Source: Octopus sinensis
Lineage: Eukaryota
DNA length: 64,000 nucleotides
NCBI RefSeq assembly: GCF_006345805.1
Contig: NC_042998.1
Span: forward strand, 54,622,001 to 54,686,000
Reading direction: 5' to 3'
The translations under genes were made by a program, and so were the position numbers. Under the pieces are notes generated by a model. The model saw only the letters and a list, made by a program, of their open reading frames with translations. It did not search any database and had not been told where the DNA came from. This document shows positions 11,945 through 24,361 of the stretch, piece after piece; positions within the stretch are counted from its first letter, which is position 1; each line of letters begins with the position of its first letter.

Positions 11945-12736
11945 ATTATTATTATTATTATTATTATATTATTATTATTATTCTCTTGCTCTTCACTCTC
12001 TCTATCCCCCCAGTCATCCCCTCCTCTTTCTTCCCAACTCATATTTATCCTCAACCACTCCTCCAAACTTGTTCACCATTCATAACATTCACCTTCATCT
12101 GGACCTTTCTCTAAATACATACCCCATCCTTCCACATCTGGCCCTACTTTCTCTTCTATTTACCTTGACATTTGAGGGTACAGTCTAGTCAGCACACTCT
12201 TTTATCTCTACTTCCATCTTCACCCAGAAAGCCCCATCCACCTTTATATAATGCAAGATAATCATGTATCTCCTCTACTTCAAGAAACATGTTCCTGTCC
12301 CTTTTTACACATTTTAATTTCTCAACACCTTGCATAAAACCACCACCTCCTTACTATACTCCCACACAGTTGATGGAGCTTTTTACTCTTGTTAGTTACA
12401 TGGCAACTGCAATAATGCAGGTGCCGTGTAAAAAAAAAAAGGACACACTGTACACTCTGCAAAGCCATTTGGGTCAGGAAGAGTATCCAGGTATAGACTG
12501 CATGCTGAAACAGATACTGAAACATTATGCAGTCCTCCGACCTGTTAGAAACTATCAAACAGTAACCTATGTCGGTATGAATGAACAAACATTAAATAAT
12601 GATGATGGTAATTGTGTGTGTGTGTGTGTGTCTGTCTGTCTGAGTGTGTGTCTGTGTTTGTGCGCATGTGAGTCTATGTTTGTGCATGTCTATACATGTG
12701 GGTATGTGTGTATTGGTCAGTTAATGAAATCTGAAA

Positions 12737-13126
12737 GGTGGGTGGAAGCACTCCGTCGGTTATGACGATGAGGGTTCCGGTTGATCCGAATCAACGGAAC
12801 AGCCTGCTCGTGAAATTAACGTGTAAGTGGCTGAGCACTCCACAGACACGTGCACCCTTAATGTAGTTCTCGGGGATATTCAGCGTGACACAGAGAGTGA
12901 CAAGGCCAGCCCCTTGAAATACAGGTACAACAGAAACAGGAAGTAAGAGTGAGAGAAAGTTGTGGTGAAAGAGTACAGCAGGGATCACCACCATACCCTG
13001 CCGGGGCCTCATGAAGCTTTTAAGTGTTTTCGCTCAATAAACACTCACAATGCCCGGTCTGGGAATCAAAACAGCGATCCTATGACCGCGAGTCCGCTGC
13101 CCTAACCACTGGGCCATTGCACCTCC
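12737..13126 (-). mobile_element. SINE with family-C tail but a different tRNA head and middle
   Basis: Head GGAGGTGCAATGGCCCAGTGGTTAGG...GTTTTGATTCC; 3' ~200 nt shared with family C. Confidence 0.8.
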
Positions 13127-13674
13127 ACAATCTGAAAGGAACCAGTATTACAATAACTTAAACTTTCATCTTTTGAATTTTCAAATTCTTTCAGCTCAAA
13201 AGTTGTTTTTGTAAGAAAGTGAAAAGAGATAAGGGGTGGGGGAGAAAAAGAGAGAGTTATTAAATAATTATAATATTCTACCCTGACTTCTAGTCTTATT
13301 ACACCTTCTTGCTAGTATACACACACACAAACAGTCTTTTACCCCATCAATCAACCCAAACACACACATATATACAAAATCCTAACTAGCATAGAGTATT
13401 ACACACACACACACACACACATATATATATTGATGAATCAATAATAGATAACAATCAAAAAAGTGAAACACTGCTTCACTTTTTTATGCTAAGATCTTGT
13501 CATAATTTTATTTATGACCCCTTCTTGTTAACATACATTTCAAACTAATTTAATCAGTAAAAAGTTATTTAATGAAATCACTCAAAATTCTCAATTAGCT
13601 TTTTTCAAAAATTAATTAAAACTTACAGGTAGTGTATTTCATTGGGAAGGTGGTAACAAAAAAAATCTACTTAC

Positions 13675-13740
13675 AGAGCTCAGTTCTTCCATAATGCTTT
13701 TCCTGAGGTCTGAGTTCATTTCAAGAGAGACTTTTAGTTT
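13675..13740 (-). CDS. KATNIP: KATNIP exon, phase 0->0: KLKVSLEMNSDLRKSIMEELSS
   Basis: tttattacAG / GTAAGT, 66 nt; resembles human ELRRSLELSVNLQRK. Confidence 0.85.
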
Positions 13741-14699
13741 CTGTAATAAATATGATAAGAGACATAATCGATACAGAGATACAATTAAGACAATAATCAA
13801 TAGCAGGGACATTTCTTATTTCACTTGAGAAGACAGAATAGAAAGTAGTCTAAAGTTTAATCAGCAGTTTGGTCACACATCCATCTATTTATTTATATAA
13901 ACGTATGGTTACCACTTTCTCCCTCTCACTCACTCTCTTTCTCTCTCTTGACTGGGTAACCATGTACCTCCTTTATAATAAGACACCTGTTTCTGCCTCA
14001 CTGTCATATACTAATCTTTCATCACCTGACACAAGATCACTTACACTAATTCCCCCTCTCCTCTCAAATACTTCTTGTCTTGCAAGTTAATTGGTAACCA
14101 TGCCAATGCTGGTGCCACGTAAAAAGCATCCAGTCCATACTGTGAAGTGGCAGACATCTTGTTGTGTAGATGCCACCAGACGATCAAGAAGACTAGCCCA
14201 ATACTTAGATATAGAGGGAGAAGTCTAGACGTCAGAGTAGAAGGTAGACTAGAGTCAAGCAGAGTAGAGTAGTCAACAGTAGTAGAGTAGTAGTCGGAGG
14301 TGTTGAGTAGAAGGCATCCGAATGTGTGACATAACACATCTAGAAGGGCATCCAGCTGTAAAAACCATGCCAAAACTAACCTTTCATGTGCTGGTGCCAT
14401 GTAAAAAGCACTCAGCCATAAAAACCATGCCAAAACATACACAGTAGCCTGGTGTAGTCTTCTACCTGGTCGGCTCCTCTGAAACCATCCAACTCATGCC
14501 AGCTTGGAAGACAGATGTTAAATGATGATGATGGTTTTTCTTTTTTTAGTTTAATTTAAATTCTTAAGAGGGTTGAAAGCAGTCAATAACAAAGCGCTAG
14601 GACTTTTTGAATTAAGAGAGTTCCCAGTGTTTGTAAATATGTGGTTGAGTTTGTGTGTTGGCTGAACTGCTGATGCACACATCCACGTGTGTGAATATT

Positions 14700-14960
14700 T
14701 TCACATAAGAATCTTACAAAGGAGAATTTTTGGAATGTGTTACAAATCATCACTGTGCCACTGATAGACTGGATTGGGAGAATGTGCATCAGTTTTTTTG
14801 GGGGTTTTTTTTTGCTCTTTTTCTGTGAAACTGAGTATTTCCAGATTTTTGTGCAAATTTGTTGGTACATAAGCTAATGCACCAATGGTGATAGGTATAA
14901 ATGAAAATTCATAGTCAGGGTACAAAGCTGTAAGTTCTACATGTATGTATATATGTAAGT
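14700..14960 (-). mobile_element. Decayed RLE-domain fragment of a non-LTR element
   Basis: ELTALYPDYEFSFIPITIGALAYVP resembles the RLE C-terminal PIVIGALG motif. Confidence 0.65.
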
Positions 14961-15139
14961 ATATAAGTAGGTAGGTAGGTAGGTCTCTGGGTATCTTGGT
15001 GTTGCTAGTGAGAGATGTGGTGGTGTTGTGCAAGCTGCACTCAACTTAAAACCGTTGCATAGGCACTGGTGACACTTAACTGTCAACAAAGGTATGTTCA
15101 TCTAACAAGTAGACAGTTGTATATATGTACGTATGTATA

Positions 15140-15375
15140 TTCAGTTTTATTTCAAGATTTCTTGCCAATAGAGAAAGAGCCAGTTTTTAACCTAGATCTA
15201 AGGCCCCTACATTGGAATTTCAACATCAACAACAGAGTATTTTTGTTTGTATGTATCATTCAGTTTTATTTCAAGATTTCTTGCCAACAGAGAAAGGGCC
15301 AGTTTTTAACCAAGATCCAAGGCTCCTTCATTGGAATTTCAACATCAACAACTGGGTATTTTCATTTGTATGTAT
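15140..15375. repeat. Two-copy tandem duplication, ~119-bp unit
   Basis: TTCAGTTTTATTTCAAGATTTCTTGCCAA at 15140 and 15259. Confidence 0.9.
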
Positions 15376-15469
15376 GTGTGCATGTATCAATGTATATGTG
15401 CAACTTTCTATGTTTTGTTTTATGTATGCATTCTCATGCATATAGTTGTATATCTAGACATGTTCATAT

Positions 15470-15722
15470 ATATTTAAAAGATAAACTTCTGGAAAGAATT
15501 TTGTAGTTCCAGGGATGGATTGGATCTGTAGTCTTCGAATTAGCTTTCTTTCTGGTTTTGAGAAGCCTAATTTCTCAAGATTGGTATTTAGGCAATGTGT
15601 TACATCTCCCAGAGCTCCAATAATTACAGGTATAAACCGGAACTTGTAATCTGGACAGAGTAACTGCAGATTTCTCAATAGTTCAACATAAGTCTTCTCT
15701 TTTTCACTGATATTCAGTTTTA
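15470..15722 (-). mobile_element. Second decayed RLE-domain fragment, same family as 14700-14960
   Basis: EKEKTYVELLRNLQLLCPDYKFRFIPVIIGALG. Confidence 0.7.
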
Positions 15723-16686
15723 TGTTAACATCTGCTGTCCCCCACCACCTCATTTGACAACTGATGTTTTTGTGTCTATATCCCCATAACTTAGCGGTTC
15801 AGCAAAAGGGACTGATAGAATAAGTATTAGACTTACAAAGAATAAGTCCTAGGGGCGATTTGTTCGACTAAAGGTGGTGCTCCAGCTTGGCTGCAGTCAA
15901 GTGATTGAAACAAATAAAAGATAAAATTAAAAAAATATATCATTATCATTTAACGTTCATCTTCCATGCATGCATGAGTAGGACAGTTGACAGGTAGAAA
16001 AACTACCCAAGTCTACTGTGTCTGTTTTGGCAGGGATTTTACAGCTGGATGCCCTTCCTAACACCAACCACTCTGCAGAGTGAACTCAGTGCTTTTTATG
16101 TGGCACTAGCAGTGGCAAGGTTAGTTTTGGCATGATTTTTATAGCTGGATGCCCTTCCAAATGCCAACCATGTTACAGTATGGACTGGATGCTTTTAACA
16201 TGGCATCAGCACTGGCAAGATAACCAAGTTACTCACAAGACAAGGAATTATGAGAGGGGCAGGGGCATTAGAGTAGGGGAACTTGTGACAGAGGATGAAC
16301 GGTTAGAGTATGACAAAGAGACAGAGATATAGAAGCATGTGTCTTGCCATAACAGAGGTGACCTAGTAACAGTGATGAAAGGTTAGAGTGTGACACAGAA
16401 ATAGAAAGGCAGAAATAGGTGTCTTGCTATAGAGGAGGTACATCGTCACCCAGTGAGAGAGAGAGAGAGAGAAAAGAAATAAAGAGTGAGAGAGAGGTAC
16501 AAGAAAGAGGCCAGAAACAAACCTTACCACTTCGAGGTTTTGTACACCTGCTCCTACCATAGACATTTTTTACCAGACATTTCCTGACACGATTTTTACA
16601 CAATCTATGTGTACCATTTAGAATAATAATAAAAAAATAAACACAATATTCTTTTTTTAAAGGACCTCTTTGGGTATAAAACTTAC

Positions 16687-16824
16687 CTTTATATCTGCAA
16701 TACTTAATGTTAATTTACGTTCTGGTGAAGTCTGTTGGTTTTGTTTGTAATTATTATTATTTAGTTTGTTTTCAAGATTTTGCACCTTAGAACACTCTTC
16801 CTCAGTCAATGAATTGATCAAATC
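16687..16824 (-). CDS. KATNIP: KATNIP exon, phase 0->0: DLINSLTEEECSKVQNLENKLNNNNYKQNQQTSPERKLTLSIADIK
   Basis: cattttaaaAG / GTAAGT, 138 nt open, phase-compatible with both neighbours. Confidence 0.82.
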
Positions 16825-17481
16825 CTTTTAAAATGCAACACAAAATCATAAAATGTTTTTTAAAAGAAATTCATAAAAATTGAGAAACAAATACTTCAGA
16901 AAAAAAAAAACATAATTAAAATCTTCAAGTAGGATAAAAAGAATTTTTTTGCTAAAACTTTAAACTAAACTCTAACAGAAAGAGAAAAGTTTAATATTTC
17001 TTTCAAGAAAGTTACAAAAACAAGAAAAATTACCATTATAAATAGAATTATTGGAAAATAAAAGGAATAAGTGAAAATGTTGATATTTTATGTATTAATT
17101 TGTATTAATTTAATTAATTTCTAGATTCTATTTTAATTATATCTGAAGTGCTTTCAAGATGTCATTTATTTGTTTATTCTTTTATCAGTGTAATAAATTT
17201 AATTATCAACAAGTGATTAAAAAACACAGACATAAATTTAACAAACGTTCCACAAACGTATGTTGCTTTATTTAAATACAACTTTTTCCATTGTTTCCAA
17301 AAGGTTAGACATGTCTACCAAATACATTTGTTGCTATGGCAACTCTACAGAAATTATGATCAAAACCAAATTGTATCAAAGCTTTATAGCAATATTGTAA
17401 TTTTTCATTTCCATGTTTGTTTGGTTCTTATTTTGTTTCTTTTGTGTTAGGTCATGAAAATTTTTCATATGAGCAGACAAA

Positions 17482-17907
17482 GCTGCATGATTCAGACATT
17501 TGCTTTCCAACCATGTAGTTCCAGGTTCAGTCCCAGTGCACAGCATTTTGACCAGATATCTTCTGTTGTATTACTGAGCTGACATAAACCTTATGAGTAA
17601 ATTTGATAGACAGAATCTGAAAGGCTGCATGATTCAGACATTTACTTTCCAACTATGTAGTTCCAGGTTCAGTCCCAGTGCACAGCATTTTGACCAGATA
17701 TCTTCTGTTGTATTACTGAGCTGACATAAACCTTATGAGTAAATTTGATAGACAGAATCTGAAAGGCTGCATGATTCAGACATTTACTTTCCAACTATGT
17801 AGTTCCAGGTTCAGTCCCAGTGCACAGCATTTTGACCAGATATCTTCTGTTGTATTACTGAGCTGACATAAACCTTACGAGTAAATGTGATTCACAGAAT
17901 CTGAAAG
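17482..17907 (+). repeat. 3 x 142-bp tandem array derived from a SINE-A head
   Basis: GCTGCATGATTCAGACA at 17482, 17624 and 17766; near-identical units containing GGTTCAGTCCC. Confidence 0.95.
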
Positions 17908-19615
17908 AAACCAGTCATAGGGCTTGTTATTTTACAATGTTTTGTTCCTACATGAAGCAGGGTCAGACAATCCTTTAGGGTTAAACAGAGATTTAGACAA
18001 AATTCTTTTTCATCATTATTGTAGCTAAGTAAAATAATTATCTTGCTAAGTAAAATTGCTGTCTTCCACACATACAGGCTTGTCCTTTTAGGTGCTTTCA
18101 GGTCCTTTCAGATGCTGGTGCTGCATTAATGCACACATGCCAGTACTGCATAAACACACTCATGTCAGTGGCACATAAAAAGCACCCAATACACTCTTTG
18201 AAGTGGTTGGCATTAGGAAGGACATTCAGCCGTAGAAACCATGCGTCAACAGACAGCTGGAGCCTGGACAGCTCCCTGCTAGCCAGCTCCAAGTCAAACC
18301 ATCCAACTCATGCCAGTATGGAAAGTGGACGTTGAACAATGATGACAATAAGGATGTTTTGGGGTTTTCTTGTGATATCATTTGCATTTGGCTGAGCTTA
18401 AGCTATTTCCTAATATGCTAGATGATGCATACGCATCTGTGTGTGTGTAAGCCTCTGTATGTGTGTGTGTGTGTGTGAGCCTCTGTATGTGTGTGTGTGT
18501 GTGTGTGTGTTGCATATGTCAGCCTATGTGTTTACTTCCATTTGAGCTTAACTGAAAAATTGCTCAACTACAAGTGAGGATGTTGTTGTCATTTTCCCTA
18601 CCAACAAGTCATTTGCTGGTTTTGTGGCTTTAAAGACATGTGAAACAAGAGATCACTTAATTGAAAACTAAATAAAGGTTAGCAACAGGAAGAGTATCCC
18701 ACTGTGAAACAATGCCTCGATAATATATTCATTTGAGAAAATGAACGTGAAAAATGAACAAACAAAATATATGGTTTACACATAAAACTCTTGTTCTTGT
18801 AGTTACTTAGCATAAGATCAGCCTTGGTCAAGTAGATCCATATTCAAAGGTATTCCTGCTATTATACCATCATTAAGTATATAAGGGAATGAGTAGACCA
18901 ATGCATCATTTTCATTGAAAATAGCAGAGTTTGACTGCAATTCAAATGCAAGAATATCCTACTGGCTGGTAATTAAGACAATCTATCTATAGCTTTTACA
19001 TTTGCATGTTCTGATTAAAATATCTGTTATAAAATAGTAGTTGAAACTTACTTACATCACTACAACAGCAATTGAATATTTCCTAGCATTTGAAGTCTTC
19101 TGTACGGCTTCTCCAAAATAGGAGCTGAATACTATGCTAAATGGTAAAGACCCCTTTCGGCCATGAGCGACCATGAGATCGCACCTAGAAAGTTACCCAC
19201 TAAGGCACAAGTTTGGGCAAGGGATGTTGATGGTAGACCAGCAGTCACCCACGCATACAGGCTTCCCCTCTCCATGTCATTGATGTAATCCAAAGGAAAG
19301 GCAAATACAGCTTGGCAGCAGTGACACCGCAACTCATTTCTACAGCTGAGTGAACAGGAACAGCATGAAATAAAGTGTCTTGCTCAAGAACACAACACAC
19401 AGCCCAGCCCAGGAATTGAACTCACTACCTCATGCTTGTGAGTCCGATGCTCTAACCACTGAGCCTTTACATGAATACTATGCTAATGCTTCACTAAATT
19501 ACAAATTGAACACTTCTTTATTACTTCGTGGATATAGTTGAATGCTCGCTTACTGCTTCATTAAAACAGTATTTAAACACTTCTTTATTGTTCCACTAAA
19601 ATATTAATATAGTAT

Positions 19616-19924
19616 TACAGAGATGTACTTGCATAGCAAGTGACCTGATCTGAGATCGTGCGCTGGAACGAAAACATTTGCAGCGTGGAAGGTGTTTATA
19701 AGCTATTTAAGAAACACACAAAAACCATTAAATTCACTTCAACATTAAATTTAATTTGCCAAAAAATTTTCTTTGCTTTGAGACCATGACCTGTTCACTG
19801 ACAAATGTGGTCTCAAAGTGACGAAAATACTTTGGCAAATTAAATTAAATTTAAATGTTGAAGTGAATTTAACGGTTTTTGTGTGTTTCTTAAATGGCTT
19901 ATAAACACCTTCCACACTGCAATT
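19616..19924. mobile_element. Fold-back element of inverted Penelope-like pLTR halves
   Basis: Arms 19678-19786 and 19808-19922 are reverse complements; 21-nt loop; contains a hammerhead relic; same terminus recurs at 47236. Confidence 0.7.
19755..19805 (-). ncRNA. Degenerate minimal type-I hammerhead ribozyme with G3:C8 core swap
   Basis: TTTGTCA GTGAACA G GTCAT ggtctcaaa GCAAA GAA AATTTT T TGGCAAA. Stem I TTTGTCA/TGGCAAA pairs; the opposite arm supplies GTGAC-GAA-AATACT, supporting ancestral GTCGC/GCGAC and AATATT. Confidence 0.6.
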
Positions 19925-20029
19925 AATATAGTAATCGAGTCTTATGTTAATGTTTCACTAAATCAACACCCAGGAAGAAAAGTTTTATAATCTAGTCAGG
20001 AATTGAGAAAAATCCAGCACTCCTAACTT

Positions 20030-20252
20030 TTAACCCTTTAGCAGTTAGATTACTGTCAAATTTAATACATAATTCACATTGTTTTGAATGTAACATGCAT
20101 TATCTTGTAGCTTTGAGATTTCAATGATGTGATTGTACAGTTTTAGAATGACATTGTAGTGTCAGTGTAAGAGGCCAGATTTTGACAGTTTGAACACAAA
20201 ACAAGTAGACTATTTGGGCCAAATATGACAAGTTTAAATGCTTAGGAGTTAA
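20030..20252. mobile_element. piggyBac-type MITE
   Basis: TTAACCCTTTAGCA ... AATGCTTAGGAGTTAA. Confidence 0.75.
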
Positions 20253-20515
20253 AAGTCTCCCAGTCCAGTCAGATTATTGTGGCTTTGTCCAGCTTGAACA
20301 TTTGTAGCTCAATGTTTGCCAGAAAAGCTTGGATGGTGATAGTAGTATCAGTGTAAGAGGCCAGATTTTGACAGTTTGAACATAAACAAGTATTTGGACC
20401 AGATGTGGCCAGTTTAAATGCCTAAGAATTAAAACTCTCCCAGGTCAGTCAGATTACTGTGGCTTTGTCCAGCTTGAACATTTGTAGGTCAATGTTTGCC
20501 AGAAAAGCATGGGTG
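20162..20515. repeat. ~186-bp tandem duplication of the MITE right end plus flank
   Basis: TCAGTGTAAGAGGCCAGATTTTGACAG at 20162 and 20348. Confidence 0.85.
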
Positions 20516-20972
20516 AAGGGACAGGTAAGGAGGATAGAGTTGCAATAGAGTAAAATTTGCTTCAAGCAGCTAATGATCAGGTGGACGTGTGAAGGTGTTA
20601 ACCTTGTGAGATGGATGAAGCATACATCATCATGTCCAATTTTCTATAATAGTTTGGTTTGAAAGCAAATTCTCAACAGTATTTCATACCAGAAGGATGC
20701 AAATATAAATTCAAACCAGACATATCAAACCAGACATATCTATTTGGTAGAACCTGTACCAATAGTCTATCTAACTAGATTTTCTAGATACACCATCCGC
20801 TTATTGTAGAGTCATTTGTATCTTTGATGTAGTGAATTTCTATTATGATGAGAACTAATTTTTGAAAATGAAATTAAGAGGATTAGCAAATTATGAATTA
20901 AATTTTATCTATAACAACCAAATTACAGTAAAAATTATTTAAAAAAAAAAGAAAAGAAAATTAGACATTTAC

Positions 20973-21061
20973 TTTGTAGTCTTCAGAATCACTGCTGCTT
21001 AAACTGTCATCAGATTCAAAATCATCTTCATAGCTCACTCTACAGTTTTCTGTGAAACGAA
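20973..21061 (-). CDS. KATNIP: KATNIP exon, phase 1->0: VRFTENCRVSYEDDFESDDSLSSSDSEDYK
   Basis: ttcttttAG / GTAAAT, 89 nt; SYEDDFE resembles human DYSDDFE. Confidence 0.9.
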
Positions 21062-21189
21062 CTAAAAGAATATGCAATGAATATGTATACTGTACATTTA
21101 TGTAATTTTATATTCATTATCACATGAATAATTTCATATTTTTGCATGATTTAAGCACCAATGTCTTTATGCAGACATTTCTTTGGTAA

Positions 21190-21520
21190 ATTCAAAGAGA
21201 AAATGTTATTGAAATGTTAGATACTTTGGATGATTCAAACAGAATTAATGATTGGAATGTTGAAACAGAAAATCCACATTTTGGAGATGGTTTAAGAAGA
21301 ATTAGATAAAATGTATTGTAAAAATGTCTAATACAGTTTCAGTAACAAAAGAAGTAAAAAGAGCATATTGAAACAGTTGTGTTTCAATATCAACTATTTT
21401 AGCAAAGATAGGATAATTAAAGAAGTGGTTCAAAAACTAGGACCAAAGGATTATATTTTTTCTTCAGTGCATTCTGATATTTTACTGACTGAGCCAGCTA
21501 TACTGTTTCAGTTATGAGGA
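21190..21520 (+). mobile_element. Possible decayed piggyBac transposase N-terminal relic
   Basis: Broken frames: acidic IEMLDTLDDS..., then KLGPKDY...TEPAILFQL; weak resemblance only. Confidence 0.25.
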
Positions 21521-21569
21521 CAATACAGAACAGTAGAGAACATCAGAGATTTATAAAAATGTTTATTTG

Positions 21570-21948
21570 ATCGCAGGTTGTGTGGTAAGTAGCTTGCTTA
21601 CCAACCACATGGTTCCGGGTTCATTCCCACTGCGTGGCACATTGGGCAAGTGTCTTCTATTATTGCGTTGGGCCGACCAAAGCTTTGTGAGTGGATTTGG
21701 TAGACAGAAACTGAAAGAAGCCTGTCATATGTATGTGTGTGTATATGCTTGCGTCTGTGTTTGTCTCACCAACATCACTTGACAACCGATGGTGGTGTAT
21801 TTACGTCCCCGTAACTTAGTGGTTCGGCAAAAGAGACTGATAGAATAAGTACTAGGCTTACAAAGAATAAGTCCTGGGGTTGATTTGCTGGACTAAAGGC
21901 AGTGCTCGTGCATGGCCACAGTCAAATGACTGAAACAAGTAAAAGAGA
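21570..21948 (+). mobile_element. SINE family A (well preserved)
   Basis: Full head, core, (TG)n and tail. Confidence 0.88.
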
Positions 21949-22544
21949 GTGATCTCTGTAACAATGTATTAAAGGGTTCTCTTGATGATGTGTTGTAGTG
22001 AAGCCTCCAGTTGCACTTGGAACATCCAGTGCTATCATTCCAAACAACTCCAATGGTGAAACGTATGTAGGGAACAAATGATACAAACTTCTGTTTATCA
22101 TAATTCCTCCTATATTTGCTCTGTATACTGTAACTAGTAATACTACTAAGTACAGTAATAACCTAAGTACTATATAATAGTAGGCTGGATGATAAGCATC
22201 TAACTAAAAACACAAGATATACTAAAATTTCTCAAGATGAAAGTGAGGGTCAATTTTTACTTTAAAAATTGTTTGTTTGTTTTTTACTATAATTAATTTC
22301 ACATTGCTCCAGTTCACTCAAGTGTAGAAATGAGTTGTGGCATCACTGGTGCCAAGCTGTATTAGCCTTTGCCTTTCCCTTAGATAACATCGAACATTTT
22401 TCCTAGAGAAGATCAAGCCACATACTTCCTACACACATAAACTACAGTACTTTTTGTTTGGAGATGTTCATGAACAGAAGGGTGCTGAAACAGCTTTGCT
22501 TTCCGGTCAAGTTTAGTGCAGTTAAATAACTCAAACTAAGCACA

Positions 22545-22965
22545 GGCATGGCTGCGTGGTTAAGAAGCTCACTTTGCAAACATCTGGCTTCCAGTTCAGT
22601 CCCACTGTGTGGCATCTTGGTCAAGTGTCTTCTATAATCCCAGGCAGACCAATGCTTTGTGAGTGAATTTGGTAGATGGAAACTGTGTAGACGACTACTA
22701 TATGTATAAGCATATATGTGTATGTGTATGTGTGTGTGTCTCTTTGTGTCTGTTTGCCCGCTACCACCACCATGGCTTGAAAATTGCTGTTGGTTTGTTT
22801 ACATCCTTTATAACTTAGTGGTTTGGCAAGAGAGTCTGACAATAAATACTAGACTTAGGAAAGAAAATTAAGCACTGGGGTCAATTTGTTTGACTACAAC
22901 CCTTCATGGTGGTGCCCTGATATGATCACAGTCCAATGACTAAAACTTGGAAAAGGCTAAAAGTA
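22545..22965 (+). mobile_element. SINE family A (diverged); further copies near 26520, 27842, 31880, 37180, 39830, 52170, 53660, 56940, 58920
   Basis: Same motif order. Confidence 0.75.
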
Positions 22966-24361
22966 AATTGTTAGAGTTATAACAAACACTATGAAGAAAA
23001 CTTTTGCTGATGCAACAAATGTAGTCTTGCTGTTACGTAAATGATGTTTGCAAATAGTAAAAGGAATTGGAATATAAGGGAATTACAATCAACCAACTCT
23101 TCAGTGTTCACCTGACCCACACTGACTTAGATTGCAACAAATATAAGATATTGCAGCTGCTAATAACAGGAAAGCTAACTGTAATTCATGTTTGAAGCAA
23201 ATAAATATCAGATTTTTAAAACTAGCTGTCATGTTTGTTTAACATATCTGTATGCCAAAGTATATGAGATTGACCCAGGTCTGAAAATCCTGGTCTTACA
23301 TTACAGATCTGCTTGGAAAAACAAAATCTTGTTAATACATGAATAAAGGGTTTTTTTTTTTCTTTTTTTTTTCATGAGACTTCCTTATCATCATTTTAAT
23401 GTCCAATTTTCAATTTCCGATGCTTGCAGTTTATTGAGGCAATTTTTTCTATGGCTGGAAGTGCTTTCTTGTTGCCAACCCTCACCTGTACCCAAGCTAG
23501 GTAGTATTTCCCCATGGTCAGATATGTTTATGCAGAATACCGAAAATGAAAAGTGCAAACTGCTTGTATGACAGTGGTATACATTTTACAACTATCATGA
23601 AATGTCAAAACCAAGAGACATGGACATGCATACACACACAGACATGTGTGTGTGTGTATGTATATATATATCTGTGTGTGTTTGGGAGGGGGTGGATGGA
23701 TGGACAGATAGATAGATAAGATAGACAGACACACAGATAGATAGATAGATAGATACATAGCAGGCTTCTTCCAGTTTCTGACAGCCAAATCCACTCACAA
23801 AGCTTTGGCCAACCCAGGACTATAGTGGAAGATACTTTGCACCAAGGTGCCAAACATTGGGACAGAAACTGAACTATGTGACTGGGAAGCAAACTTCTTC
23901 CAACACAGTGACACCTCAATAGAGAAACTTCAAAACACTTGTAAGATGTCTGCCAAATACCAACTTAATATATTAATGAATAAAGATGGCAGCGAGCTAG
24001 CAAAATCATTAGTAAACTGAGCAAAATGCTAAGTGTTATTTTGTCCTTCTTTATACTCTGTGTTCAAATTTCACCAAGGTCAATTAATAAAGTACCAGTT
24101 GAACACTGGGATAATGTAATTGACTTAGCCCCTCCCTTGCAATTGCTGGCCTTGTGCCAAAATCTGAAACTAATATATCATTGAGTAAAAACAAGCTACT
24201 GTGATTCTTCTAAAATATCTACCAAATTCTGGATTATTTTGAAAATTTATTGCAACCCACAGGTAGTAAATTCTTGTTAAAGATACAGTGATTAGATGGC
24301 CATAGAATTGGTAAAAACAGGTGAAGAGCATACAAATATATTAAATTTTATAATTACTCAC

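Noticed and set aside
13050-13126. tRNA gene
   Set aside because: A/B boxes are SINE heads without a full cloverleaf, continuing into SINE bodies
16528-16610. Extra exon candidate with a GTAAGG donor
   Set aside because: Weak acceptors; not needed for phase continuity; no similarity to KATNIP
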